Source: a virus | DNA length: 64,000 nt | Virus record (IMG/VR): IMGVR_UViG_3300021425_002093 | Coordinates: 79,935-143,934 of that record | Strand: one strand, 5' to 3' | Part shown: in pieces, positions 1-8,117 of the stretch | Position numbering within the stretch: the stretch's first letter is position 1 | Layout of the letters: each line of letters opens with the position of its first letter | Made by a program: the position numbers and the translations under genes | Notes under the pieces: model-generated | What the model saw: only the letters and a program-made list of their open reading frames with translations | The model's database searches: none | What the model was told of the DNA's origin: nothing

Positions 1-136
1 GAATGTATCCTTCTCCCATATAAATCTTGAAGTACTTATTATGTAGCTTGGGAATTGATGCGCTTTCATATGCAATGTTAGTCATATCAATTTCGCAGTC
101 GCCTTCCCATTCACGAACAATATCTTCAATCTTCAT
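1..136 (-). CDS. uvsY: UvsY-like recombination mediator, N-terminal part (runs off the window edge)
   Basis: Hand-translated from ATG at 136: MKIEDIVREWEGDCEIDMTNIAYESASIPKLHNKYFKIYMGEGYI. The W..D..ID..N...ES..IP.LH.KY pattern is that of T4-like UvsY. GGAG SD upstream; follows gp3 as in marine T4-like phages. Not in the ORF track because it is truncated. Confidence 0.8.
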   Translation of the reverse strand, partial: MKIEDIVREWEGDCEIDMTNIAYESASIPKLHNKYFKIYMGEGYI

Positions 137-171
137 TCACTTCTCCATACCTAATAACTTAAATAGTATCA

Positions 172-200
172 ATTATAACACAAAAAAGTTTACACTACAA
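172..200 (-). promoter_or_regulatory. Putative sigma70-type (early/middle) promoter for uvsY
   Basis: Minus strand reads TTGTAG-17 nt-TATAAT with an extended -10 (TGnTATAAT), about 35 nt upstream of the uvsY start. Confidence 0.5.
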
Positions 201-675
201 TATTATATGAATCATACCTAAACGAAACGTCAAATGTGGGCGGAGTTACATCTGCGTTTCTCGTATCCATCTGTATACCGCTTATTGATACCGGAAACAC
301 GTTAATAAAGTTGATTGTGATGTTAGCATTCTTTGTGCTATCAAGTATTACTAGAGACATGTCGGAAAGGGTCGACTGCGGAGACTGCTGTAGATCATCG
401 TACTGCTTATACTCTTTGGGGAATGTCAGCGATATAAGCCAATCTGAAACTTCTCGGAATGCTTTGAGATCTTCATCTGCTATCACACTCACAACGAGAT
501 CATCGTATTCAAGCTTTACACTTGGAAAGGGGAGCGTCTTAAACGGAGTTCCTGTGGCCGCAGGACTCGTGTTGAAGCCAGGTAGATTTACTGACTGCAC
601 ATAAAAACGAGTCTCGGGTAATCTATCAATTACAAGTCTAAACTCAATTGGTGATAGAAAATTAGAAGTAGCCAT
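190..675 (-). CDS. gp3: Tail tube terminator / tail completion protein (gp3-like)
   Basis: 161 aa; NFLSP..F, F..QSVNLPG, kleYddL.v....DEDL, F.NvFPvS.sg motifs; lies between gp23 and uvsY. Confidence 0.85.
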   Translation of the reverse strand: MATSNFLSPIEFRLVIDRLPETRFYVQSVNLPGFNTSPAATGTPFKTLPFPSVKLEYDDLVVSVIADEDLKAFREVSDWLISLTFPKEYKQYDDLQQSPQSTLSDMSLVILDSTKNANITINFINVFPVSISGIQMDTRNADVTPPTFDVSFRYDSYNIVV

Positions 676-707
676 ATTTCTAAAGTCTCAAGTGTTGTTG
701 TATCTAC

Positions 708-715
708 TATTTATA
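708..715 (-). promoter_or_regulatory. T4-type late promoter TATAAATA (gp3)
   Basis: Exact consensus in the intergenic region, directly after the gp23 terminator. Confidence 0.85.
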
Positions 716-718
716 AGC

Positions 719-745
719 AAAAAAAAGGGAGGCCGGAGCCTCCCT
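719..745 (-). terminator. Rho-independent terminator after gp23
   Basis: AGGGAGGC-TCCG-GCCTCCCT hairpin followed by a T-run on the minus strand. Confidence 0.9.
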
Positions 746-774
746 CAAAGTGTCCGTTAAGACGGATCTTTTTA

Positions 775-2085
775 TTATAGCAAGTTGGTGACCAAGCTAC
801 GACGATAGTAAACGTTGCTATTATTACTAATAACACCATACGCTTGGTTGGTACCTTCAGCGAAGGGATTAGCAACCATACCGTAGCGAGTCTTGAAGCC
901 CAGCTTAGATTGGAAGCTGTTCTCACCGACTGCACGAACCATCTGCAGAGGAACATATGGGCAGTAGAAGATACCAGCGTCAAATGCGCTTGCACCCTTG
1001 TAGCCTACTACCATGTAGTTAGAACCTGCATACGGATCGACGTATACACGGAAACGTCCGTTCAGTACACCAGCGAATGTATTGCCAGTGTCATCGGGGT
1101 TCAGGTTGTTAGCGTTAAGAGCAGGAGTGTAATCCAGAACGCCAGCCATCTGAAGAGCAGAAGCAACGTCTGAAGAACAAACGATGATGTTGCCCTTACC
1201 ACGACGAGTCGCCTTGGCAATTGCGTTTGCTTCTTTCTCGATTTGGAACATCAAGCCCTTGAACTTCTCTACTGACCAACGACCGTTAGCATCAACGTCC
1301 AAGTTGAAAGTACCAGCGGATGCAGTGTCTGCGGAACCAGTTACAGCAGAAGAGTAGATTGTGCGTACAACTTCACGGTTGATTTCAGCAAGCAACTCAG
1401 CAGAGAGCATGTTAGCAAGCTCTTGCTCAGCGTCAAGACCGTGGATTGCTTTCAGATCTTGAGCGAGTTCAGAAGTGTACTCAGCTTTCAACGCACGTGA
1501 CTTAGCAGTTACTGAAACCTTCTCGATTGCAAAAGACATTTCAGCAAAGTTAGTACCAGCACCATCACCCAGAGCTTCAGCTTGAGCAGTAGTCATACCA
1601 GTTCCAGTGTTAGCGATGTCATCAGATCCAGCAGTACCTGTAGCATTACCCTGTACACCGTCTGCAGCACCGTTTCCAGAGAAATCAGTATCAGCTTCGT
1701 TGTACATTGCTTCTACGTTACGATCATTGCCAGCGGCGTCTGTCTCGTACTCTGAACGCATAGCGAAGATCAGTCCAGTAGGACCAGTCATAGGCTGAAC
1801 GCCAGCGATGTCATATGCGATGAGGTTAGGCATTGCACGACGAACGAGAGAGATCAATACGGGATCGTAAGTACCACGGTTGGCACCAGAACCGAATACG
1901 TTTCCGTCAGAAGTAGCAGGTGCTTCCATGAGAGACATAGTAGCGCCGCCTTCTTCACGAATGGCGTTTTCTGTGTTTTCCAAAAGAGTAGCAGTTACTG
2001 CCTGCTTGTGGGAGTTGCCAATTGCAGGAAGAGCTTCATGCTCCAGAACTGGCTTCCACTTTTGAAGTAATTCTTCATTTCTCAT
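775..2085 (-). CDS. gp23: Major capsid protein
   Basis: 436 aa with hallmark T4-like MCP motifs: DPVLISLVRRAMPNLIAYDIAGVQPMTGPTGLIFAMR, KSRALKAEY..ELAQDLKAIHGLDAE, DAGIFYCPYVPLQM, FKTRYG. Confidence 0.99.
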   Translation of the reverse strand: MRNEELLQKWKPVLEHEALPAIGNSHKQAVTATLLENTENAIREEGGATMSLMEAPATSDGNVFGSGANRGTYDPVLISLVRRAMPNLIAYDIAGVQPMTGPTGLIFAMRSEYETDAAGNDRNVEAMYNEADTDFSGNGAADGVQGNATGTAGSDDIANTGTGMTTAQAEALGDGAGTNFAEMSFAIEKVSVTAKSRALKAEYTSELAQDLKAIHGLDAEQELANMLSAELLAEINREVVRTIYSSAVTGSADTASAGTFNLDVDANGRWSVEKFKGLMFQIEKEANAIAKATRRGKGNIIVCSSDVASALQMAGVLDYTPALNANNLNPDDTGNTFAGVLNGRFRVYVDPYAGSNYMVVGYKGASAFDAGIFYCPYVPLQMVRAVGENSFQSKLGFKTRYGMVANPFAEGTNQAYGVISNNSNVYYRRSLVTNLL

Positions 2086-2118
2086 AGTTGTTCTCCTTAT
2101 TGAGATTTTGTCTATTAC

Positions 2119-2126
2119 TATTTATA
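2119..2126 (-). promoter_or_regulatory. Late promoter TATAAATA (gp23)
   Basis: Exact consensus upstream of gp23; AAGGAG SD follows. Confidence 0.9.
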
Positions 2127-2130
2127 AAAA

Positions 2131-3087
2131 TCAGTTCTTAGCTGCAAAGCGGCTGAGAGACTCTACGTAAGCCGAAACCGAAGGATCAGTGTAGGCCTTT
2201 TCTTCTGTCTCTTCTTGCAGAAGATCATCGGATTCTTCCTCAGAAACAGGTTGAGCTACAGACTCAGAAACAAACTGATCACGAATAACTTCGATCTTCT
2301 GAGTAAATTCTTCTACTGATTCGTAAGAGACTCCTTCTGAAAGAACACGGAGCCTTTCAGCTTGTGTATCAGTCAGTCCTTCAACAACCTGCTTAAACGC
2401 AATGTCACGCTCAAGAGATTCTTTTTCATTTCGAGCTTCAAGTAACTGCTCGAAAATTTCATTGTATTCTTCGGTCTGCTCTTTGAGCTTGGCTTCTATT
2501 TCCGCAACACGATCAATTTCTTCTTGATCAATATTGAGGTTATGCTCAGAGGCCAAAGCCTTAAGACCATCCATCAATGATTCCGCAACTTCAAGCTTGA
2601 TACCGCTTTCAACCTGAAGTTCGTTTTCGCTCATCCAAGACTCAACTACATAATCGAGATATGCATCAACTTTCTCGACTACATCGTTAACTGCTTGATG
2701 GACTTGCTCTTCAAGATCTTGCTCAAACTTAGCTTCAAGTTCTTCTTGAACAGCAACAACTTTTTCTTGTACTGCAGCTTCAAAGATAGCAACAGTGCGT
2801 TGCTTGAAATCTTCTGAAAGATCTGAACCTTCGAAAATACCTTCGATAGACTCTTTCATGCTCTTCTTGTCTGCATGACGTGGAGCGGCTTTTACGCCTT
2901 CCTTGCCTTGGGGAGTTTTTACATCGTCTTCGATCTCGTCTGCCTTCATGTCGCCTTGGTGCTTGTCAGCTTTACGCTTAACACCAGTGCCACCAGCAGG
3001 AGCTACGGGATCAGCAGATTCAGAATCCTCACCATCAGCTTTGATCTCGTTGATAAGATCAGCGTCTTCAATGTATTGTTCACTCAT
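2131..3087 (-). CDS. gp22: Prohead core scaffolding protein
   Basis: 318 aa, acidic and coiled-coil-like; LSEDFK....IFEAAV and VDAYLDYVVESWM.EN motifs; between gp21 and gp23. Confidence 0.92.
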   Translation of the reverse strand: MSEQYIEDADLINEIKADGEDSESADPVAPAGGTGVKRKADKHQGDMKADEIEDDVKTPQGKEGVKAAPRHADKKSMKESIEGIFEGSDLSEDFKQRTVAIFEAAVQEKVVAVQEELEAKFEQDLEEQVHQAVNDVVEKVDAYLDYVVESWMSENELQVESGIKLEVAESLMDGLKALASEHNLNIDQEEIDRVAEIEAKLKEQTEEYNEIFEQLLEARNEKESLERDIAFKQVVEGLTDTQAERLRVLSEGVSYESVEEFTQKIEVIRDQFVSESVAQPVSEEESDDLLQEETEEKAYTDPSVSAYVESLSRFAAKN

Positions 3088-3123
3088 ATGAATTCTCCTT
3101 ACTATTAGTTATAGTTTATCTAT

Positions 3124-3131
3124 TATTTATA
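3124..3131 (-). promoter_or_regulatory. Late promoter TATAAATA (gp22)
   Basis: Exact consensus in the gp21-gp22 gap. Confidence 0.85.
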
Positions 3132-3135
3132 AAAA

Positions 3136-3816
3136 CTATATCTTTGTTAAAGATGATAGAAATCTTTCGAACATGACGCCGGCCTTAGCTTCTAAATCTT
3201 TGCTAGACACTTTCGCAGTTTCTTTAATTTCTTGTTCAATTTGATCAAAAGCATTAGCTCTCTCCCATGTAGAGGAAGCTATGTCATATACCCAATCAAC
3301 TCCTTCCATTACACCTTTGACAAATGCATCTGGCGCAGATGGATCAGCAACGATATCACCTGCTGTAGCAAGCATGAAATCCTTTTGGACTTCCATGATG
3401 CCACTTTTATTTTGCTTAAGCGAGCCCATTCCACGAGAAGAAATTCCGATTACAGCGCCTTCGTCGATGAGACTTTTAACAATCTCGCCCATCGGAGTTC
3501 CCATGACTTTTGCTCGACCAACTACATTGTCACCTTCTGTTCGCAACTCGGTGAACATGTGAGACACACGATCCAAATTGATTGTGGGACCAGCGGGATG
3601 TCCTAACTCACCGTATGCACGATTCTTTTCTACGTAATTTTTGATATAACGATTCGTTTCGTTAAACAAAACTTCAGAAGGATAAATGCGCCCGTTTCTA
3701 TTCTTGATGTTACCTTGCATGATAACACCTTCGACGAAATACGTCTTACCACCAGACTCGTTTTCTTCCGTGATATATTGAACTTCTTCAACAATTTCTT
3801 TTATGAGTAGTGACAT
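3136..3816 (-). CDS. gp21: Prohead core protease
   Basis: 226 aa; NRNGRIYP, GELGHP, INLDRVSH, GISSRGMGS, DIVADPSAPDAFV motifs. Confidence 0.97.
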   Translation of the reverse strand: MSLLIKEIVEEVQYITEENESGGKTYFVEGVIMQGNIKNRNGRIYPSEVLFNETNRYIKNYVEKNRAYGELGHPAGPTINLDRVSHMFTELRTEGDNVVGRAKVMGTPMGEIVKSLIDEGAVIGISSRGMGSLKQNKSGIMEVQKDFMLATAGDIVADPSAPDAFVKGVMEGVDWVYDIASSTWERANAFDQIEQEIKETAKVSSKDLEAKAGVMFERFLSSLTKI

Positions 3817-3828
3817 TTATTATTATCC

Positions 3829-4095
3829 TTATGCTCTATATGCAATCGCACTGGCCCAAACAACTGTAGTGGCGGCTGGAGCATCCAAAGTTTGAGCAGG
3901 CTCTTTTTCGATAAAAACAGTTCCATTTGGACTAACGTATATGCCGTTTCCAGTTTCCACTATAATAACCAGCGCTGGTGCTGGATCCATGTTTGTTACT
4001 GAAACCAAAGTAGCCAAGCTGATATCACTGGCCGCTCCAGAGACTCCGCTTGCGATATCTTCTGCTGGACTTAATGGCTTGACTACGCTAGGCAT
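3829..4095 (-). CDS. Small hypothetical protein in the head module (possible capsid accessory protein)
   Basis: 88 aa, beta-rich composition; TAATG overlap with the upstream gene. Confidence 0.6.
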   Translation of the reverse strand: MPSVVKPLSPAEDIASGVSGAASDISLATLVSVTNMDPAPALVIIVETGNGIYVSPNGTVFIEKEPAQTLDAPAATTVVWASAIAYRA

Positions 4096-4520
4096 TAAGC
4101 AGCCTCCCTAGCAAATTTTACAATCTCCTCAAATCCTTTCTTATTCTTCATCATCTTTTCGTGCATCTTTTTCTTGCTAGATCCACTCATAGATCCCATT
4201 ACAGATTTGATTGCCGAGGCATCTTCTTTGCCAATCATTACGGAAGAGCCATCTTGCAAGGTCATCTTACCGGGTTTGACTGACTCCTCTAAAGAAATAA
4301 AATTAGAGAATCCAAGCAAACGCTCTTCGTAAACTGCAGCGTCATTACCCTCTTCTCTGTCTGCCCGGCGCTTAGCCTTTTTAGACTTAGAAGTGAATTG
4401 ACTTTCTTCAGCTTCTGGATGATCTTTTTTATCTACAATATGCTTGTCGATAAAACGCTGTTCGTCTTCTGAACGAGGCTTATCAACAGCTTCCTGTATG
4501 ATGTCTTGCAAGGTTCTCAT
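4095..4520 (-). CDS. Prohead core protein, positional gp68 equivalent
   Basis: 141 aa, highly charged; lies between the gp67-like gene and gp21. Assignment is by synteny only. Confidence 0.5.
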   Translation of the reverse strand: MRTLQDIIQEAVDKPRSEDEQRFIDKHIVDKKDHPEAEESQFTSKSKKAKRRADREEGNDAAVYEERLLGFSNFISLEESVKPGKMTLQDGSSVMIGKEDASAIKSVMGSMSGSSKKKMHEKMMKNKKGFEEIVKFAREAA

Positions 4521-4523
4521 ACC

Positions 4524-4736
4524 TTACTCTCCTTCGATTTCCATTTCTTGTTCTACGTCATCCATCTCTGACTCTTCAAAGGACTCTTCCTCTGAAGCGG
4601 AAGCAAACATTTCGTCATATTTCATATCGACTGCATTTGCAACTTTGTTAGTCATGATATCGTTAAACGTATCTTTAAATTCGTCTGGCTTGGAGTTAAT
4701 AGCCTGTCTCACTAAATCTAATGTAGTATTATCCAT
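4524..4736 (-). CDS. gp67: Prohead core protein gp67-like
   Basis: 70 aa; helical N-terminus (DLV..AI...P..FK..F..IM..KV..A) plus very acidic tail; canonical position upstream of gp68/gp21. Confidence 0.6.
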   Translation of the reverse strand: MDNTTLDLVRQAINSKPDEFKDTFNDIMTNKVANAVDMKYDEMFASASEEESFEESEMDDVEQEMEIEGE

Positions 4737-4758
4737 AATTATTTCTCCTGTAGTATAT

Positions 4759-4766
4759 TATTTATA
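4759..4766 (-). promoter_or_regulatory. Late promoter TATAAATA (gp67-68-21)
   Basis: Exact consensus; GGAG SD downstream. Confidence 0.85.
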
Positions 4767-4772
4767 ATAAAC

Positions 4773-5384
4773 TCATATTCTGGCGATATACGAGTTACGC
4801 TTTAAGTTATCTTTCAGCTTTTTACCCGTAGATCCTGCTGTTTGATGCGAATTTAATTGCTCATCCCAAACTTGATCTGCGGCAGCATTTGCAATGTTCG
4901 TAATATCCTGATCTGTCAAACTCACACCAACAGCTTCTACAGTAATTAAATCAACGATATTCGATCTTACAAGCGAAACAGAAACACCTTCCGCAAAGTA
5001 AAACGGAGTCTGACCCGCTTCTCGTGTATATAAGTTTCCTTCAATCGTCAATGTATATGATGACTTTGAAGCAAAGGGCTGTATCCTCCATCCATTCTCA
5101 AGAAAGTATGTGACACCAAGATCTCTATCTTCAGTAATCGGGTCACCACCAACAGCAGTAAATGCTTTATCCCAAACTCTAGCATCGGGTGCTTCCGTCG
5201 ATGCAATATTCCATTCTTTCCAAGCGGAATACAAATCCGTCTTTACGTCTAACGTTGTCACTCCTTCATCTACAAATATCGTTCTTGTTGGCCCATCGAA
5301 TGCAACCTTTTGATTTGGGTATCCACCCTCATCAGCAGGAAGCCAATTCCATCGAGTCCCATAAAACTGATGAATCGAAGGCAT
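4773..5384 (-). CDS. Hypothetical structural protein of the portal-linked cassette
   Basis: ORF track starts at 5405, but the ATG at 5384 overlaps the upstream stop (TAATG), giving about 203 aa. Motifs DLYSAWKEW, AF..VGGDP, FLENGWRI. Confidence 0.75.
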   Translation of the reverse strand: MPSIHQFYGTRWNWLPADEGGYPNQKVAFDGPTRTIFVDEGVTTLDVKTDLYSAWKEWNIASTEAPDARVWDKAFTAVGGDPITEDRDLGVTYFLENGWRIQPFASKSSYTLTIEGNLYTREAGQTPFYFAEGVSVSLVRSNIVDLITVEAVGVSLTDQDITNIANAAADQVWDEQLNSHQTAGSTGKKLKDNLKRNSYIARI

Positions 5385-8071
5385 TACTGAAGTATCTCTT
5401 TCCAAGTAATGCTAAACATAATTCTAGGATCTTGCATATCCTTAATTTGCTCGTGTGCAAAGAAAGTCCAAGTCGAGCGAGATCCTGTAAATCCATGAAT
5501 AACAGGATTCACTGACGCAGGATCGAAAGCAAAATCAGTTGTATCCACAGGAATCGTAAGCAATCGATCTTGATACAAATACGCTTTCGTCAAGTTAACA
5601 ATCTTAATGAAAACAGTTCTTGGGAATGGATTTGCAATACCAGTAGAAGAGATACTATGACAATGCAATGCGCCATCTGCGGTATTTTCATTCAATGGGA
5701 ATGTTGCTGTTTGTGGTTCTCTTAACAGCCAACGATCACTTGTTTCTGGTCTACATTCAGCATCAGTCGGATCAATCGTAACGACTGGTGGTCGAGTCAT
5801 CGTAAACGTTTCAGCGCCAGAGAACGTTCCGGTTGTTGCTGAACTTAATGTGACTTGAGTTCCACTATCCACTGAACGAATTACAGTGTTTGCGGGAATG
5901 TTTGTTCCGCTGATCGCACCACCTTCGATTAACTTAATGTGCGTCAGTGTAGTCGCCGCAGGAATTGCCTTGTTCTGAATTGGCTTAGTTAGCGTCAACA
6001 CGCTTCCATTGATATCAAGAATGTTTGTTCCGTCAGATGTCAATGGAGTATTATTTGAATCAAGAACGGTTACTGATCCACCGATAACAAATCCAGTTGC
6101 GTCTGCTACTTCAATTGTAGTAGAATATATTGCGGTTGTTCCGACTGTCGTAGTTGTCGCAGTCTGATCGTCAAGTAAAAGCGTAGTGCTATTACCTACA
6201 GCATCAACAGCCGCTCCCACTCCTGTCGTTTCAATTGAATTGTCGATATCAGAAATAACTTGTTCTGCTACACCACCATCATCGGGTCTATTTTTCCAAG
6301 CACCGTTTTGTAGATTAATATAGCGATCTGTGAGAATATCTGTAAATTGCCCATTGAACATATCTTCAAATTCGATGTTCTTTGTATTTCCCAATAAGTT
6401 TGTGTCTTCGAATGAAGTACCAGCAGTTGAAATTTGAAAGTTAGTGCCTGGGATGTCTTGAAAATCGTGGCCGCTATGAACGCAATCTCTACCTATTCGG
6501 AAGTGTACAATTGCGTCACGATTTGCTCCCGCAGAAATCTCTCCCTCAGTATCCACATTATTATCATATGCATATGCAGTGATCTTTGTAGGAACAAAAA
6601 GACTATGATCTACTGAACCCGAAGCAAGCAATTCTTTTGGAGATAGAGTAAACAATGGTCTGAATCCAGCACCATCTACAGCCAAGTGCCCAGATGTGTA
6701 AACTTTTGGACGACCTAGTGACTGTAAATCGATATCTGTTTCCGTCCATACAGATGAACTCCAACTTCTCATGTAGACGTAGTTAGCATCTTCTGGTCTC
6801 GACGAAGTTAAGCCCAAACGAACAAGGTCTGAAGGAAGCGGCCCAAAGTTACCGTCTGTTCCCGACCCATCTCCATAAACAGCATGATTTTGCATTTCGC
6901 TGTCGCTGTAGTAGTACAGTTGTTGACAAGCCGGAAGTGATGCTGTTGCACTTAATGATTCTGTGTTGCGATTACCGTGGAAGTATTCATGAATAACGAG
7001 ACGTTGACCATCATTAAATGTGCCAAATCTTACTCGACCTGCGCCATGCCACTGAATATCAAGCCAGAAGATATTGTCCTTTGATAAGTCGAAGTCCATC
7101 TGACTACGATTGCTCAATGTTCTGGAGCCGTTAATTAAGTCGCCATTGAAGTTATCGAATCCGTCCGATGTATCCGATGATGCTAAAATATAATTCTTAA
7201 CAGATCCAGATACACTTGATCTTCTTACGAGATAAAGGACACCCGTTGGGCCGACACGAAACATAAATCCATTGTCTGCGTCAAAAAGTCCAAAATTTCT
7301 TTCCGTACCTGAATTAGTTGCAGGCAATGCACTTACTTTGCCAGTATCACTAAACAACATTGTTCCCATGAACAAATGACCAGAGCCGGGTATATAGTGA
7401 TGATAGGTCTTGCTTGAAGCCGCCGCAAAGTCTTGTTGTTCTTTTACTCTTGGCTCAATGTACTTTCCAGTATCACTAAAAAAGACATCTGCTTCTCGTT
7501 TTGCCCTTGCGCCTGTATTAAGATATGTCAACGAAAAGTTTTCTAAGAGTTCGTCAATATTAGAGTAAACATACTCACCTAAGTGAGTTGCGCCTGTTGT
7601 GCGAAGTTTACCGAACGCATCGAGAGTTGGGCGACCGTCCGCTAGTGTTACGAGTGCTGATCCATATGGATCAATGTCGAGCCCATATTCGGGATTGTCA
7701 TATCCCATGATATTTTGTGCTGGAATATAGACATCGTAAAATCGAACAACTTCACCCACAATTCGAGTAGCACCGCCATCGTCGGGATCGACGATTGTTT
7801 GACCAACGCTAGGCTCGTTATTCTCAAATTTATTTGCTTTTGAGTAGTGAACAGCAAGAACGCCAGTACCGTCACCTTTATCATAAACACCGTGAAGATG
7901 CACCATCCCAAATCCTGTGACAGTGTACATTGAGCCGATCTTCCAGTTGTATCCAATGCTATTTCCGCCAGTGTTCGTTCCGAACTCAATCTCGGCAGTG
8001 TGGATCATGTATACACGATCACCAGTACTCTCTGGTGGAATTCTAGTAAATCTTTTATCTCCGAGCGCCAT
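5384..8071 (-). CDS. Large putative virion protein with a lectin/concanavalin-like beta-sandwich core and inserted small beta domains
   Basis: 895 aa; DAFGKLR, HYIPG, FGLFDADNGFMF, DLSKDNIFWLDIQWHGAGRVRFG. The fold call is an inference. Confidence 0.7.
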   Translation of the reverse strand: MALGDKRFTRIPPESTGDRVYMIHTAEIEFGTNTGGNSIGYNWKIGSMYTVTGFGMVHLHGVYDKGDGTGVLAVHYSKANKFENNEPSVGQTIVDPDDGGATRIVGEVVRFYDVYIPAQNIMGYDNPEYGLDIDPYGSALVTLADGRPTLDAFGKLRTTGATHLGEYVYSNIDELLENFSLTYLNTGARAKREADVFFSDTGKYIEPRVKEQQDFAAASSKTYHHYIPGSGHLFMGTMLFSDTGKVSALPATNSGTERNFGLFDADNGFMFRVGPTGVLYLVRRSSVSGSVKNYILASSDTSDGFDNFNGDLINGSRTLSNRSQMDFDLSKDNIFWLDIQWHGAGRVRFGTFNDGQRLVIHEYFHGNRNTESLSATASLPACQQLYYYSDSEMQNHAVYGDGSGTDGNFGPLPSDLVRLGLTSSRPEDANYVYMRSWSSSVWTETDIDLQSLGRPKVYTSGHLAVDGAGFRPLFTLSPKELLASGSVDHSLFVPTKITAYAYDNNVDTEGEISAGANRDAIVHFRIGRDCVHSGHDFQDIPGTNFQISTAGTSFEDTNLLGNTKNIEFEDMFNGQFTDILTDRYINLQNGAWKNRPDDGGVAEQVISDIDNSIETTGVGAAVDAVGNSTTLLLDDQTATTTTVGTTAIYSTTIEVADATGFVIGGSVTVLDSNNTPLTSDGTNILDINGSVLTLTKPIQNKAIPAATTLTHIKLIEGGAISGTNIPANTVIRSVDSGTQVTLSSATTGTFSGAETFTMTRPPVVTIDPTDAECRPETSDRWLLREPQTATFPLNENTADGALHCHSISSTGIANPFPRTVFIKIVNLTKAYLYQDRLLTIPVDTTDFAFDPASVNPVIHGFTGSRSTWTFFAHEQIKDMQDPRIMFSITWKEILQ

Positions 8072-8105
8072 TTAATTATCCCGCTAAAATTGTTCTAATT
8101 TTAAT

Positions 8106-8113
8106 TATTTATA
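8106..8113 (-). promoter_or_regulatory. Late promoter TATAAATA (895-aa gene)
   Basis: Exact consensus in the intergenic gap. Confidence 0.8.
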
Positions 8114-8117
8114 TCGA

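Noticed and set aside
27-221. 64-aa plus-strand ORF at the window start
   Set aside because: The minus-strand frame here encodes a recognisable UvsY N-terminus with an SD.
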